Below are positions 53,585-63,384 of a stretch of 64,000 nucleotides of DNA, piece by piece. This stretch comes from an uncultured Actinomycetota bacterium. Lineage in GTDB: Bacteria; Actinomycetota; Actinomycetes; JAFAQI01. The stretch spans positions 544,001 through 608,000 of the forward strand of contig CAVYQE010000001.1 in the NCBI GenBank assembly GCA_963770565.1, in the 5' to 3' direction. Made by a program: the position numbers and the translations under genes. Every line of letters starts with the position of its first letter. Position 1 is the stretch's first letter. The notes under the pieces were generated by a model. It had not been told where the DNA came from. It made no database searches and saw nothing but the letters and a program-made list of their open reading frames with translations.

Positions 53585-54032
53585 TCATGCTCGGTAGTGC
53601 TTTCGAGCTTTACGTTGCGCCTTCTTGTGTTTCGCGCTCGGTTGCAGCGCACCGATCTGCTGCACACGGTTGCCGCTCCTTGGGCAGACCCAGCAGGCGT
53701 TACCGTCAATGACATCGGCCTTGAGCGGGTGGGTTCGAGGATGCTCGGGGCATTCCGGCCACACGGCGGGCAAGCCAATTCCTGGCAGACCCTCGACGAC
53801 CCGTTCCTCAAGCTGGTCCGCCAGACTAGCGATCTGCTTCTCTGGGTCCTCGCCAGCGAGGACCCAGATACCGCACCCGTTTCCACCGGGCCACCACGAT
53901 CGCGGCAACCTGGCTGTCATTCCCTGCCGAATCCTCCGCCTCGATTCGCGGAACCAAGGCGCTGGTCAATGACAGGTCCCGCATCACCGGGATCAGCGCT
54001 TCGGCCAGTTCCGCCGGCACGGCCTCGGTCAC
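53585..54032 (-). pseudogene. Hypothetical protein with Cys/His motif, apparently frameshifted at ~53897
   Basis: ORF 53826-54032 (N-part) and ORF 53585-53920 (C-part, WPECPEHPRTHPL...WVCP) join at GCG ATC G|TGG TGG. Confidence 0.55.
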
Positions 54033-54129
54033 CGGCGCATCCTCACACGAGCCTCACCAGCGTGCGAGTACGAGCGGCACCTCGCGTGCGGGCGCCGCCT
54101 TGCGGCTCTTGAGGAGCAGACTGGCTGTC

Positions 54130-54303
54130 ATGCCCCCGCCTTACACGTCCGACGACTTCGCCCAGCACCTCGATCGAGCGCGAGAAGCCCTGGCTGAGGC
54201 TGCCGCAGCGTCAGATCATGAGAGCTCCCTCCTCGTCGCCGAGGCGCAAGCGCACGCAACCGTCGCGCAGACGATCGCGATCTGGCTGCAGCACAGCAAC
54301 TAG
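54130..54303 (+). CDS. Small hypothetical helical protein (57 aa)
   Basis: ATG 54130 preceded by GAGGAG; plausible codon usage. Confidence 0.5.
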   Translation: MPPPYTSDDFAQHLDRAREALAEAAAASDHESSLLVAEAQAHATVAQTIAIWLQHSN

Positions 54304-54428
54304 GGGACCGACCCCGCTCGTCCGAGAACGAAGCCTCTGCAGCCTTCAAGCGCTGCCGTCCATCGCCTCTTGGGCAAGCGGTTGGGCGCAATGATCTTGG
54401 GTTCGGGCGAGGTTTCGTAGCGCCTGGC

Positions 54429-54941
54429 TCACTTAGCCTTCAGTTCGCCGCTTGCCTTACAGACGGTCAATGCGTCGCGGGCGGCTGGCCAAGGGTTGCT
54501 GTCCGTACGCAGACGCACCCCGTAATACTCCGCAACTCCATCGGTAGCGGATCCGTCGAACAGTGCGCCCCCCGCCCGTCTCACCAGGCCCATCACGGTG
54601 CCGGCTGAGGAGTGGTCGTGTATGCGGGCGGTACTCGCCTGCCGTAGCAGGAGACACCCCGTCTCGACACTCATACCTTGGACGCCAGTCGCCTCAAATC
54701 TTTGGTGTGCAACGTCACTCGTCACCGGCCCGGTCCCCGCTGAAGGCGCCAGACTGAGGTGAGTCACCGACTGCTGCACCGCAGGATGGGCGCCACAGCC
54801 TGCGAGCACGACTACGGTTCCGAGGAGCAGGACGCATCCAGCGGCTCTAGGCTGAGCAGCGCCCCACCGCCCACGACTCCTTCGAGCACCTCGCGCTGTC
54901 ATGGGGACAATATCGGCGCGCCACCACCCAGTCTGAGCCAT
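54429..54941 (-). CDS. Hypothetical lipoprotein (start uncertain, possibly 54902)
   Basis: Hydrophobic stretch ending in lipobox LAGC; atypical codon usage. Confidence 0.5.
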   Translation of the reverse strand: MAQTGWWRADIVPMTARGARRSRGRWGAAQPRAAGCVLLLGTVVVLAGCGAHPAVQQSVTHLSLAPSAGTGPVTSDVAHQRFEATGVQGMSVETGCLLLRQASTARIHDHSSAGTVMGLVRRAGGALFDGSATDGVAEYYGVRLRTDSNPWPAARDALTVCKASGELKAK

Positions 54942-55280
54942 CGACCAGGGGCAATCCTGTGACGCTCAGCCGACCAGTTCGCCGAAGGGCAAACCTGCTC
55001 CTACCTGGCGCTTGCAAGCGGCACGTACGCACGCTTCCAGATCTTCGTGTTCGCGACCACTTCTACGGCGTAGCGAAAACCGGTAACGAAGGCGAAGATC
55101 AGCGGCGGACTCTAACGGCTCTGCGCGGTTCGTGAACTGTACGGAGTAGGCGTACTGGTAGCGGTTCGCAAACTGTTGGCGTACGCCGGCTACGCGCGGT
55201 TCACCCGCGCCCGCACCGAGAGGGCATCTCCTGTGGTCGGCCATGGCCCCACCGGTCGGCCATCCATGTACGCGGTCGGG

Positions 55281-56015
55281 TCAGGCCGGGTCGGCGGGGT
55301 GGACCGCGACCCGCGACTTCAGGGCCTGCTCGCACAGCTCGACCAGGACGTCGTACGCCGGCTGACCGATCAGCGCGATCAGCTCGGCCTGGTAGCCGAG
55401 ATAGAGCGGCTCGGCCGCGACGTGCGCCTCGGTGGCGCCGGTGCACCACCAGTCGAGGTCGTGGCCTCCGGCACCCCACCCGCGCCGGTCGTACTCGCCG
55501 ATGATCGTGATCAGCACCTCGGTGCCGTCGGGTCGGGTGACCCGCTCGTAGCTGCGCCGGACCGGCAGCTGCCAGCAGACGTCGGGCTTGGTCTCGAGCG
55601 GGTGCCGGCCGGTGTTGAGGGCATGCAGGTGCAACGCACACCCCGCACCGGCTGAGAAGCCGGGCCGGTTCAAGAAGATGCACGCGCCGTTGTGCCGGCG
55701 GGTGCGCCGGTTGCCGTCCTCCACCTCGCTGATGCCGAGCTTCTGGCCCTGCTTGCGGTACTGCCACTCGTCGGCGGTGAGCTCTTTCGCGAACCGCCGG
55801 ACCCGCTTCTCATCCGCTTTGTCGGAGTAGTAGGCGCCGTGCGAGCAGCAGCCGTCGTCGGGTCGCTTGGCCAGGATTCCCTTGCAGCCGCTGCCATAGA
55901 TGCAGGTCCAGCGCGACAGCAACCAGGTCAGATCGCAGCGCAGAAGCTGCTCGCTGTCGATCGGATCCACGAACTCGATCCACTGTCGGGGGAAGTTCAG
56001 GTCGACCTCGGGCAC
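55281..56015 (-). CDS. Conserved Cys-rich actinobacterial protein (Rv0495c-like, possible Fe-S/Zn binding)
   Basis: [36 protein letters not shown] and KPDVCWQLP. Confidence 0.82.
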   Translation of the reverse strand: MPEVDLNFPRQWIEFVDPIDSEQLLRCDLTWLLSRWTCIYGSGCKGILAKRPDDGCCSHGAYYSDKADEKRVRRFAKELTADEWQYRKQGQKLGISEVEDGNRRTRRHNGACIFLNRPGFSAGAGCALHLHALNTGRHPLETKPDVCWQLPVRRSYERVTRPDGTEVLITIIGEYDRRGWGAGGHDLDWWCTGATEAHVAAEPLYLGYQAELIALIGQPAYDVLVELCEQALKSRVAVHPADPA

Positions 56016-56049
56016 CCGCCAACTGTAGTGACCTGCATACCCTCGGGCG

Positions 56050-56862
56050 GTGGCAGTCGTGCAGGTCCCCGACGCGAAGGTCGTGCTCTCGACCGCATCG
56101 GTCTATCCCGAGACGACCGCGACGGCCTTCGAGCTCGCCGCCCGGCTCGGTTACGACGGCATCGAAGTCATGGTGTGGACCGACCCGATCAGCCAGGACA
56201 TCGAGGCGCTGCGCCGGCTGTCGGACTACCACGGCATCGCCATACATGCGATCCATGCGCCGTGCCTCATCGTGACCCAGCGGGTGTGGGGAACTGAGCC
56301 CTGGGCGAAGCTGGTCCGCGCCCGCGAGGCCGCCGAGACCCTCGGTGCGTCGACCGTCGTCGTCCACCCGCCGTTCCGTTGGCAGCGCGAATACGCCCGC
56401 GACTTCATCACCGGCATCGAGCGGATGGCGGGGGAGACCGATGTCCGTTTCGCGGTCGAGAACATGTTCCCGCTGCGGGCGCGCGGCCGCTCGGTCGTGC
56501 CGTACTCGCCCGACTACGACCCGAGCGAGACCGAGTTCCGGCACTTCACCCTCGACCTCTCGCACACCTCCGTGGCGCAGAACGACGCCCTCGCGATGGC
56601 CGAGCGGATGGGTGACCGACTCGCCCACGTCCACATCGCCGACGGGATTGGTACGGCGCGCGACGAGCACCTCGTTCCCGGCCGGGGCGACCAGCCGTGT
56701 GCGCAACTGCTCGAGAGCCTCGCCGCACGTGGTTTCGAGGGTCACGTCGTCGTCGAGATCAATACCCGCCGGGCCGACAGCCGGGCCGAGCGCGAGGCCG
56801 ACCTGGCCGAGGCGCTCGCCTATACCCGGTTGCACCTGGCTGCCCCGGCCGCCCGGACATGA
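56050..56862 (+). CDS. Sugar-phosphate isomerase/epimerase (xylose isomerase-like TIM barrel)
   Basis: [27 protein letters not shown] and DEHLVPG. Confidence 0.87.
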   Translation: MAVVQVPDAKVVLSTASVYPETTATAFELAARLGYDGIEVMVWTDPISQDIEALRRLSDYHGIAIHAIHAPCLIVTQRVWGTEPWAKLVRAREAAETLGASTVVVHPPFRWQREYARDFITGIERMAGETDVRFAVENMFPLRARGRSVVPYSPDYDPSETEFRHFTLDLSHTSVAQNDALAMAERMGDRLAHVHIADGIGTARDEHLVPGRGDQPCAQLLESLAARGFEGHVVVEINTRRADSRAEREADLAEALAYTRLHLAAPAART

Positions 56863-57623
56863 GTGACGTCGACGACTTCGGCCGGCGATTCGGCCGGGTC
56901 GCCGATCTCTACGACGAGGCGCGGCCGAGTTATCCGGACGAGTTGTTCGACGCGCTCGACGACGCGATCGGCGGCATCGCCGGCACGGCGATCGTCGATC
57001 TCGCGGCCGGAACCGGCGTGCAGACCCGTGCGCTCGAAGCGCGCGGAGCGAGGATCGTCGCTGTCGACGCCGACCTCACGATGCTCCAGCGGCTTCGGTC
57101 ACGAAGCCCCGACGTGCCGGTCGTGGTCGGCCGGTCCGAGTGGCTGCCGTTGCGCGATGCCGTCGCCGACGTCGTGACGTGTGCGACCGCCTGGCACTGG
57201 CTACCGACAGACCGGACGGTCGCCGAAGTCGCGCGGGTGTTGCGACCAGATGGACACCTTGCGCTGTGGTGGGCGGTGAACCTGTGGGGTGACGGCATCG
57301 ACTGGGAGGAGGCGCAGAGCGCAGTCTTCGACCGTTGGGATCGGTTGTGTGGCCCTGGCCCCGACCGGCCCGGCGCCCGTCCGAGCGATGCCGCCGACGA
57401 CCTGCGCGCCCGCGGCATCGAGGTCGTCGTCCGCCATGAGTTCACCTGGACCCGGCCGGTCACCCGCGCGGAGCACCTGCGCACCATCGCGACCTACTCT
57501 TCGCAGCTGGCCCGGCCCGAGGACCAGCGCCGCGCGCTGCTCGCCGAGATCGATGCGGTGCTCGCGCCCTGGCCGGTCATCGCCCAGCGCTTCTGGGGCC
57601 CGCTCATCGTCGCTCGGTTCTGA
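56859..57623 (+). CDS. Class I SAM-dependent methyltransferase
   Basis: [21 protein letters not shown] and RVLRPDG. Confidence 0.87.
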   Translation: MSDVDDFGRRFGRVADLYDEARPSYPDELFDALDDAIGGIAGTAIVDLAAGTGVQTRALEARGARIVAVDADLTMLQRLRSRSPDVPVVVGRSEWLPLRDAVADVVTCATAWHWLPTDRTVAEVARVLRPDGHLALWWAVNLWGDGIDWEEAQSAVFDRWDRLCGPGPDRPGARPSDAADDLRARGIEVVVRHEFTWTRPVTRAEHLRTIATYSSQLARPEDQRRALLAEIDAVLAPWPVIAQRFWGPLIVARF

Positions 57624-57663
57624 GCGGCCGCGCCGTACGCTCTGGGCTGTGTTGCAGTCGGGA

Positions 57664-58581
57664 ATGCGGGCGGTGCTGCTGACCGCGTCGCGACGCAAGA
57701 GCGTGCGGCGGGTCGTCGAGCACGCACCGATCTCCCGGCAGGTGGTTCGCCGGTTCGTCGCCGGCGCTTCGGTCGAGGACGCCGTCCGCGCCACCCGAGG
57801 GTTGGTCGACTCCGGCTTGTGTGTCTCGCTCGACCATCTCGGCGAGGACACCACCGAGATCGCGCAGGCGAAGGCGACGACCGAGGCATATCTGACGTTG
57901 CTCGAGCACCTGGTCGAGTCCGGGCTCGCGGCCAAGACCGAGGTTTCGGTCAAGCTCTCGGCGGTCGGGCAGGCGCTCGACCGGTCCCTGTCGGTCGACA
58001 ACGCGAGCCAGATCTGCGCCGCCGCGAAGGCCGCCGCTACGACGGTGACCGTCGACATGGAGGACCACACGACCACCGACTCCACCCTCGACATCGTGCG
58101 GGAGCTGCGGTCGGACTTCCCGTCGGTCGGCGCGGTGCTGCAGTCGTACCTGCACCGCACCGAAGCCGACTGCCAGGACCTTGCCGGCACCGGGTCCCGG
58201 GTCCGGCTCTGCAAGGGCGCCTACAACGAGCCGGAGTCGGTGGCGTATCAGCGGCGCGAGGACGTGGACGATTCGTACCTCCGCTGCCTGCGAATCCTGG
58301 TCGAGGGGTACGGCTACCCGATGATCGCCACCCACGACCCGGCGCTGGTGGAGGCTGCGGAGTCGCTGCTCGCCGAGGTCGGTCGCGCCGACGACACGTA
58401 TGAGTTCCAGATGCTCTACGGGATCCGGCCGGACGAGCAGCAGCGGCTCGCGCAAGCCGGCCGCACCGTCCGGGTGTACGTCCCCTACGGCGACGAGTGG
58501 TACGAGTACCTCATGCGGCGCCTGGCCGAGCGGCCGGCGAACGTGAAGTTCTTCCTCAGGGCGCTGGCCAGCCGCGACTGA
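57664..58581 (+). CDS. Monofunctional proline dehydrogenase
   Basis: RRFVAG, LDHLGE, SVKLS, VDMED, RLCKGAY, ATHD, QMLYG and YLMRRLAERP. Confidence 0.93.
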   Translation: MRAVLLTASRRKSVRRVVEHAPISRQVVRRFVAGASVEDAVRATRGLVDSGLCVSLDHLGEDTTEIAQAKATTEAYLTLLEHLVESGLAAKTEVSVKLSAVGQALDRSLSVDNASQICAAAKAAATTVTVDMEDHTTTDSTLDIVRELRSDFPSVGAVLQSYLHRTEADCQDLAGTGSRVRLCKGAYNEPESVAYQRREDVDDSYLRCLRILVEGYGYPMIATHDPALVEAAESLLAEVGRADDTYEFQMLYGIRPDEQQRLAQAGRTVRVYVPYGDEWYEYLMRRLAERPANVKFFLRALASRD

Positions 58582-58615
58582 GCGCCGCGCGACGCGGACG
58601 TGCGACGATCGATAC

Positions 58616-59425
58616 ATGGGTGAAACCGTTGCGGTGCTCGGCGCCGGCAAGATGGGCGAGGCCTTGCTGTCAGCGATGGTGAGATCGGGTCGACCGGCAT
58701 CGAGCCTGCTGTTCACCGAGCGGCATCCCGAGCGGGCCGCCGAGATCGGTGGCCGACTGGGCATCGAGTCGGTCAGCACGGTGGTCGCGGCGGAGCGGGC
58801 CGACACGCTGTTGGTGGCGGTCAAGCCGCAGGAGATCGGGCCGCTGCTTGATGACCTGTCCCCGGTGGTCACGCCGCGCAACCTGGTCATCTCGATCGCG
58901 GCCGGCATCCCGACCACGACGATTGAGAAGCGGCTGGCTGAAGGCACGCCGGTCGTGCGAGTCATGAGCAACACCCCGGTCTTCGTCGACGAGGCGATGA
59001 GCGCAATCTCCGCCGGCACCCACGCCGGTGAGGATCACCTGCAGCGCACCGAGGACCTGCTGCGCCCGGTCGGCAAGGTGATCAGGCTGCCCGAGTCGCA
59101 GCTCGACGCGGTGACGGCGCTGTCGGGCAGCGGTCCGGCGTACTTCTTCTTCCTGGTCGAGGCGATGATCGACGCCGGCATCCTGCTCGGCCTGCCGCGG
59201 GCGATCGCCGCCGAGCTCATCGTGCAGACCGCGTACGGATCTGCGGTGATGCTCCGCGACTCCGGCGAGCATCCGGTGCAGTTGCGCGAGGCGGTCACCA
59301 GCCCGGGCGGTACGACGATCGCGGCGATCCGGGAGCTGGAGAACCACGGGGTGCGTGCGGCCCTGCTTTCCGCGCTCGAGGCCGCGCGGGACCGCTCGCG
59401 AGAGCTAGCCGCGGGGGCGGGCTAG
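58616..59425 (+). CDS. proC: Pyrroline-5-carboxylate reductase
   Basis: LGAGKMG, AVKPQ, SIAAG, ALSGSGPAY and VTSPGGTT. Confidence 0.96.
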   Translation: MGETVAVLGAGKMGEALLSAMVRSGRPASSLLFTERHPERAAEIGGRLGIESVSTVVAAERADTLLVAVKPQEIGPLLDDLSPVVTPRNLVISIAAGIPTTTIEKRLAEGTPVVRVMSNTPVFVDEAMSAISAGTHAGEDHLQRTEDLLRPVGKVIRLPESQLDAVTALSGSGPAYFFFLVEAMIDAGILLGLPRAIAAELIVQTAYGSAVMLRDSGEHPVQLREAVTSPGGTTIAAIRELENHGVRAALLSALEAARDRSRELAAGAG

Positions 59426-59427
59426 CG

Positions 59428-59588
59428 AGTGTCCCTTCAACCGACGTTCGCCCCGCTGCGCGTCGTTCAGGCGGCGACCGGCGGCGTTCTCGTCGGCCCC
59501 GATGGCGCTGCCATCGCGACCTCCTCGGCCTTGCCGCTCATCCACCTGAACGTCGCTCGCGACGGACAACGTCGGTTGAAGGGGCACT
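59428..59588. repeat. 161-bp non-coding element with 21-bp terminal inverted repeats (MITE/REP-like)
   Basis: AGTGTCCCTTCAACCGACGTT / AACGTCGGTTGAAGGGGCACT (20/21 match); inner CGTTCAGG/CCTGAACG and central CGATGGC/GCCATCG stems. Confidence 0.8.
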
Positions 59589-59589
59589 A

Positions 59590-60672
59590 GTGGGTTGTTC
59601 CGTTGCCGCGCCCTGGGACCCCCGGCTGCTCGGCTACGACTTCGGACCGTCTCATCCGCTGGCGCCGGTCCGGGTCGAGCTCACGATGGCGCTAGCCACT
59701 GAACTCGGGGTCGTCGACCGGCTCGATGTGGCTGAGTTCGACGCCGCTCCCGATGAGATGTTGCGGCTGGTCCACACGGCCGGCTACATCGAGGCGGTCC
59801 GCCGGGCCGGGGACACGCTGCGGCCTGATCCGGCCCACGGGCTCGGCACGGCGGACGACCCGGTGTTCGAGGCGATGCACGAGGCGAGTGCGCTGGTGGC
59901 CGGCTCGACGCTCGCGGCGGCTCGGGCGGTCTTCGAGGGCTCGCACGAGCACGGCGTCAGCGTGTCCGGCGGACTGCATCACGCGATGCCCGACCGGGCC
60001 TCGGGCTTCTGCGTCTACAACGATCCGGCCATTGCGATCGCCTGGCTGCTGAGCCAGGGGGTCGAGCGGGTCGCGTACGTCGACATCGACGTGCATCACG
60101 GCGACGGAGTGCAGGCGATCTTCTGGGACGACCCGCGGGTGTTGACGATCAGCCTGCACGAGTCGGGACGAACACTGTTCCCCGGCACCGGGGACCCGTC
60201 CGAGGTCGGTGGCCCGAACGCGCGCGGTAGCGCGATCAACGTTGCCTTCCAGGCCGGCACCGGAGACGTCGCGTGGCACGCGGCGTTCGACGCGGTCGTG
60301 CCGGACGCCATTCGCGCGTTTGCCCCGACCTACCTGGTGTCACAGCACGGCTGCGACACGCACGCCCTCGACCCGCTCGCGAACCTGCTGCTGACCGTCG
60401 ACGGGCAGCGGTCGGCGCATCTGAAGCTCCACGACCTCGGCCACGAGGTCTGTGAGGGCCGCTGGCTTGCGGTCGGCGGTGGCGGGTATGAGCTGGTGCA
60501 GGTGGTGCCGCGGACCTGGACCCACCTGCTGGCGATCGCGAGCGGGGAACCGATCGACCCGCACACCGACACCCCGATGGCGTGGCGGGACTTCGTCAAA
60601 CGGCGGACCGGCGAGACCGCGCCAACCAGGATGACCGACCGTCCGCCGCCTACCGACCAGGAGGCATCGTGA
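59590..60672 (+). CDS. acuC: Acetoin utilization protein AcuC / Zn-dependent deacetylase (HDAC family)
   Basis: GGLHHA, GFCVYND, DIDVHHGDG, GCDTHALDPL and GGGGY. Confidence 0.9.
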   Translation: MGCSVAAPWDPRLLGYDFGPSHPLAPVRVELTMALATELGVVDRLDVAEFDAAPDEMLRLVHTAGYIEAVRRAGDTLRPDPAHGLGTADDPVFEAMHEASALVAGSTLAAARAVFEGSHEHGVSVSGGLHHAMPDRASGFCVYNDPAIAIAWLLSQGVERVAYVDIDVHHGDGVQAIFWDDPRVLTISLHESGRTLFPGTGDPSEVGGPNARGSAINVAFQAGTGDVAWHAAFDAVVPDAIRAFAPTYLVSQHGCDTHALDPLANLLLTVDGQRSAHLKLHDLGHEVCEGRWLAVGGGGYELVQVVPRTWTHLLAIASGEPIDPHTDTPMAWRDFVKRRTGETAPTRMTDRPPPTDQEAS

Positions 60673-61839
60673 GGGTGCCCGTACGCCGCGGGATGGTCTG
60701 CATGGTCGCGCTTGCGGCGACTGCTCTGTTGGCGGCCGCCTGCGGGTCGAGCCCGGGCCAGGCGAAGGGTGCCTCGGCCGCGCCCCGTGCGGGCGGCGCG
60801 TCACCGATCGAGTCCGGCGCGGTCGTGGCGGAGAGCTCGTCGGCGGCTGCGGCGAGGACCAAAGCCTCGGGTACGTCGTCGACGGTCGTGCGGATCTCGG
60901 CGGTCGGCGACACCATGCTCGGCGACACCCCCAACCTGCCACCCGACCCGCGCGACTACCTCGACTCGGTGCGACAACGCCCTGAAGGGGCGGGCGCAGA
61001 TCGTCTTCGGCAACCTCGAGGGGACGCTGACCGACGTGAGCAGCGGCAAGTGCGGCGGCCACAACGGCGGCGACTGCTTTGCCTTCCGCGACCCGCCGCA
61101 CTACGCGCGCTACCTCGCCGCCGACGGGTTCACCCTGCTCAACGACGCCAACAACCACTCGCACGACTTCGGCCAGGCCGGGCTCGACCAGACGATTCAC
61201 GCGATTCACAAGTTTGGGATGAAGCAGACCGGCCTGCCGGGCGAGATCACGGTGGTCAAGGCCGGACCGGTGAAGGTCGCGTTCGTCGCCTTTGCGCCGT
61301 ACCCCAACACCGCCGACCTGCTCGACCTGTCCGCGGCGTCCGCGCTGATCCACCAGGCCCGCAGCGAGGCCCGGATCGTCGTGGTCTACATGCATGCCGG
61401 CGCCGAGGGTTCCGACGCCGATCACGTGACCGGGCACGAGGAGTTCTACGTCGGAGAGGATCGGGGCAACCCGGAGAAGTTCGCGCACATGGCGATTCGC
61501 AGCGGCGCCAGCCTGGTGATCGCGAGTGGCCCGCACGTGGTGCGCGGGATGGAGTTCTACCACCACCACCTCATCGCCTACAGCCTGGGAAACTTCGCGA
61601 ACTTCCACAACTTCGGCGGCGGCGGGATCCTCTCCGAGTCGGCGATCCTGCACGTGTCACTGACCTCGACCGGCGTGTTCGCCTCGGCTCAGCTGATCCC
61701 GGTCGAGCTGGACGGCGCCGGTCATCCCACCCTCGGCGGTGGAACAGTCGGGCTGATCCGGCGGCTGTCGAAGGAGGACTTCGGCGCTGCCCGTGCGCAT
61801 TTCAGTACCAAGGGTGACATCTCGGCCCCGACCGGCTGA
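60669..61839 (+). pseudogene. CapA-family (metallophosphatase-like) lipoprotein, frameshifted at ~60972
   Basis: Lipobox AAAC and AVGDTML in one frame; GNLEG, ANNHSHDFG, YMHAG, GPHV and YSLGNF in the next. Extra base at GTG C GAC. Confidence 0.82.
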
Positions 61840-62008
61840 AGGCGGCATTCGGGGCCGCAGGGCGAACCATGATCACTCGATCGGGTGAAGTCTCACCCGC
61901 ATCAGTGACGCGATGCTGCCACAGCCGATACAGTCCTCACAACACGTATGCGGTGTGTGCGCCGGAGGGGAAGCCGGCGCGCCGTGCACGTGGGAGGGCG
62001 GTTGTTCC

Positions 62009-62272
62009 ATGGCTGCGGACCCTGGTGGTGCGGCAAGCGGTGCCGGCGGTGCCGCGACCGCGAATCCCGGTGGTCGCGAGGCGGAGCGGCTCGGTGAACT
62101 GCGGTTTTTGACCGTCGCCGAGGTCGCCAGCTTGATGCGCGTGTCGAAGATGACGGTCTACCGGCTGGTCAACGCCGCGACCCTGCCGGCCGTGCGGGTC
62201 GGGCGCTCGGTGCGGGTGCCTGAGCAGGCCGTGCACGACTACCTGCAGCACTCCTTCGTCGAAGCCGGCTGA
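62009..62272 (+). CDS. Excisionase-like HTH DNA-binding protein (Rv0500A-like)
   Basis: FLTVAEVASLMRVSKMTVYRLV and AVRVGRSVRVP; GGGAGG RBS. Confidence 0.88.
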   Translation: MAADPGGAASGAGGAATANPGGREAERLGELRFLTVAEVASLMRVSKMTVYRLVNAATLPAVRVGRSVRVPEQAVHDYLQHSFVEAG

Positions 62273-62338
62273 CCCGGTCGCGAGCGGGCCGCTAACCTGT
62301 TGCCCAGGTTTCGCTGACAGCTGTCGGAAAGGCTCCTC

Positions 62339-62437
62339 GTGGGTTCGGTCATCAAGAAGCGTCGTAAGCGCATGGCGAAGAAGAAGCATCGCAAGCTGCT
62401 GAAGAAGACGCGCGTCCAGCGGCGTAACAAGAAGTAG
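62339..62437 (+). CDS. 30S ribosomal protein bS22 (32 aa)
   Basis: Below the ORF-track cutoff; GTG-started [32 protein letters not shown] with GAAAGG RBS. Confidence 0.93.
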   Translation: MGSVIKKRRKRMAKKKHRKLLKKTRVQRRNKK

Positions 62438-62452
62438 CGGGAGGGCCGCTCG

Positions 62453-63313
62453 ATGGCTGAGTCGAAGCAACGGCGCTACGACTGGCTGACCTTCACCTCG
62501 GACTACGGCCTGGACGACGTCTTCGTCGGCGTCTGCAAGGGCGTGGTGGCCCAGATCGCCCCGCACGCGCGGGTGCTCGACGTCTCGCACCTGGTGACCG
62601 CGCAGGACGTCGCCCAGGGGGCGACCAGCCTCGCCGCGGCGATTCCCTACCTCCCGGTGGCCGTCAACCTCGCCCTCGTCGATCCGATGCACGGCGCCAC
62701 CGCGCGGGGCGTGGTGGTCGAGACCGGCGACGGGTCGCTGCTGGTGGGCCCCGACAACGGCATCCTGTCGCTCGCCTGGGACGCCCGAGGCGGGATCGTC
62801 CGCGTGGTCGAGATCTCCAACCCGGAGCTGTGCCGGGAGACGATCCACCGAACTTTCCGCGGCCGCGACATCTTCGCGCCGGTTGCCGCCCACCTCGCCA
62901 ACGGGCACGACCTCGCCGACGTGGGGCCCGCGATCGACCCGGACACCCTGGTTCGGCTCCCGGTGCGCGGCGTCATCGTCGACGACGACCACGTCCACGG
63001 CGAGGTCAGCCTGGTCGACCACTTCGGCAACGTCTCGCTGAACGTCTGCCGGGCCGACCTCGAGGCGGCTGGGATGACCTTCGGTGACACCGTCGAGGTG
63101 CGCTGCAACGGGCGCGCGCTGAACGTCCCGTTCACGGCGACGTACGGCGATGTCGCGCGCGGCCGGCTCACCCTCTGTGAGGACTCCTTCCGCGCGATCA
63201 TGCTCGCGGTCAACGCCGGGCACGCCAGTCGCGAGCTGCGGGTCTCCCGCGGTGAGCCGGTGGTGATCGCCCGGCTGCCGCAGCAATCCGCGCGGGCCGG
63301 CTCGCTCAACTGA
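62453..63313 (+). CDS. SAM hydroxide adenosyltransferase / chlorinase-fluorinase family (DUF62) protein
   Basis: TSDYG, DVSH, GPDNG, TFRGRDIFAP, DHFGN and LAVN. Confidence 0.88.
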   Translation: MAESKQRRYDWLTFTSDYGLDDVFVGVCKGVVAQIAPHARVLDVSHLVTAQDVAQGATSLAAAIPYLPVAVNLALVDPMHGATARGVVVETGDGSLLVGPDNGILSLAWDARGGIVRVVEISNPELCRETIHRTFRGRDIFAPVAAHLANGHDLADVGPAIDPDTLVRLPVRGVIVDDDHVHGEVSLVDHFGNVSLNVCRADLEAAGMTFGDTVEVRCNGRALNVPFTATYGDVARGRLTLCEDSFRAIMLAVNAGHASRELRVSRGEPVVIARLPQQSARAGSLN

Positions 63314-63384
63314 GCTGCGCCCGGCGGCCGGTTGCGGCCGGCGGGACCGGGTGACGGGCTGAGGATCGGCATTACCATCGCGCT

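Noticed and set aside
54966-55244. 92-aa minus-strand ORF
   Set aside because: No motif, atypical codon usage and no clear RBS; not supportable as a gene.
62009-62272. Excisionase indicating a prophage or ICE
   Set aside because: It is the conserved chromosomal HTH gene found before bS22 in actinobacteria; no phage or integrase genes nearby.
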